Below, piece by piece: positions 63,015 to 64,000 of a stretch of 64,000 nt of DNA. The notes below the pieces were generated by a model. It was not told where the DNA came from, did no database searches, and saw only the letters and a program-made list of their open reading frames with translations. Made by a program: the position numbers and the translations under genes. The DNA lies in NCBI RefSeq assembly GCF_009914755.1, contig NC_060945.1. One strand, written 5' to 3'. Source of the DNA: the human T2T-CHM13v2.0 reference genome, Homo sapiens. Numbering within the stretch: the stretch's first letter is position 1; each line of letters begins with the position of its first letter.

Positions 63015-64000
63015 CCTCCAAACCAGGAATTGGTGATCCAGGAAAACACTCCATTGTGGGGTGATTTGAGTGGGTGACAGAAGCCCAGGCCAGCCCTCCA
63101 GGAATGGATGCACACTGGCACCAGGGATGCTTGCATAGAGATGGGGTTGGGGGTGTCCTTCTGAACACTCCCACAACAACCGGGCGCCAGCTTGCATCTT
63201 TGCTTGACGTGGCCGTCGCCCGGCTGGCCTGTGAGTGCTGCATGGGCCACGCCTGCATGTGGCTTGCTCACCGTGGGATCCCCAACACTTCTGGAGGTGC
63301 CTGGACCACAGTGGGTGTCCCCAGACAGCCGCAGAACACACAAGGGAATGTGCATTCAACCCTCATCTCCTAAGGAGGCTGTGGCCCACCCTGCTTGGGA
63401 TGGCAATGGAGGGGCCAAGTGTATGAATAACCCCCCAAACCATTAAAACATCAGCGTCCCTCAAACAACTTCTTGAGATGGGGTGTGTGAGGCTCACTAC
63501 ACGTAAGAAACATAATGAATAAAACACAAAGGCCATTACAACCCACTTAATAATTCAGGGACTATGAAGATAGCTGGCGTCTATGAATTAGAAAATAAGG
63601 GAATTCTTCTGGGTGTGGAGGTAGGGGAAGAGGTTTCTGCGTATTCATTCCGCCCCCTGCCATGTGGGTATCTATTGCACCGGGCTGGAGGTCTGGGTCT
63701 CAGGGCTTGGGGAGCTGTTCCTGCACCTCTGCCTGTCCCCACCACCAGGCAACAAGGTCAGTGTGGCCCACCAGGGAACCACACCAGGGCCAGCAGCTCC
63801 AGGCCCCATCTCCCTGACCCCCTGGCCAGACCTCGGGAGATGAGAGAGACCCAGGCCTAGCCAGGGCGGGAGGTGGGGAGGGGTTGGGGGATCATTCAGG
63901 GCACAAGGGGAGGAGGAGAGAGCATTCTGGGGAACGGGGTCTGGGGAGGGAACCAGGACAGAGAGGCATGGTGACAGCTGGAGGTGAGTCTGGCAGGGAC

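Overview
GC-rich primate (human or great-ape) intergenic DNA with no credible protein-coding gene. The 302-aa minus-strand ORF at 19977-20885 matches my recollection of the 'putative uncharacterized protein encoded by LINC00322 (C21orf136)', which would place the window on 21q22.3 between CRYAA and SIK1. That placement is from memory, not a search. The window is a mosaic of old L1/L2/MIR fragments, about 13 MaLR (MLT1) LTRs, other solo LTRs (LTR47-, LTR33-, MER74-, MER93- and MER4D-like), hAT MITEs, six Alu pieces, many small tandem duplications and a 1.7-kb (CAC/CAT)n array. Repeat family names come from recalled consensus sequences and many boundaries are approximate. Most notable observations: (1) a ~44-nt, A-tailed, TSD-flanked retrocopy that appears to be only the first nucleotides of an ERV1 LTR transcript (51020-51117); (2) six-fold local amplification of a CCAAT/NF-Y box inside a solo LTR (43878-44140); (3) two complementary Alu halves in opposite orientation with fold-back junctions (48227-48661); (4) two Alus with duplicated or triplicated 5' heads; (5) an unexplained ~105-bp dispersed duplication; (6) clusters of AP-1/MARE and E-box motifs suggesting enhancers. 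I cannot support a new multi-gene system from sequence alone.
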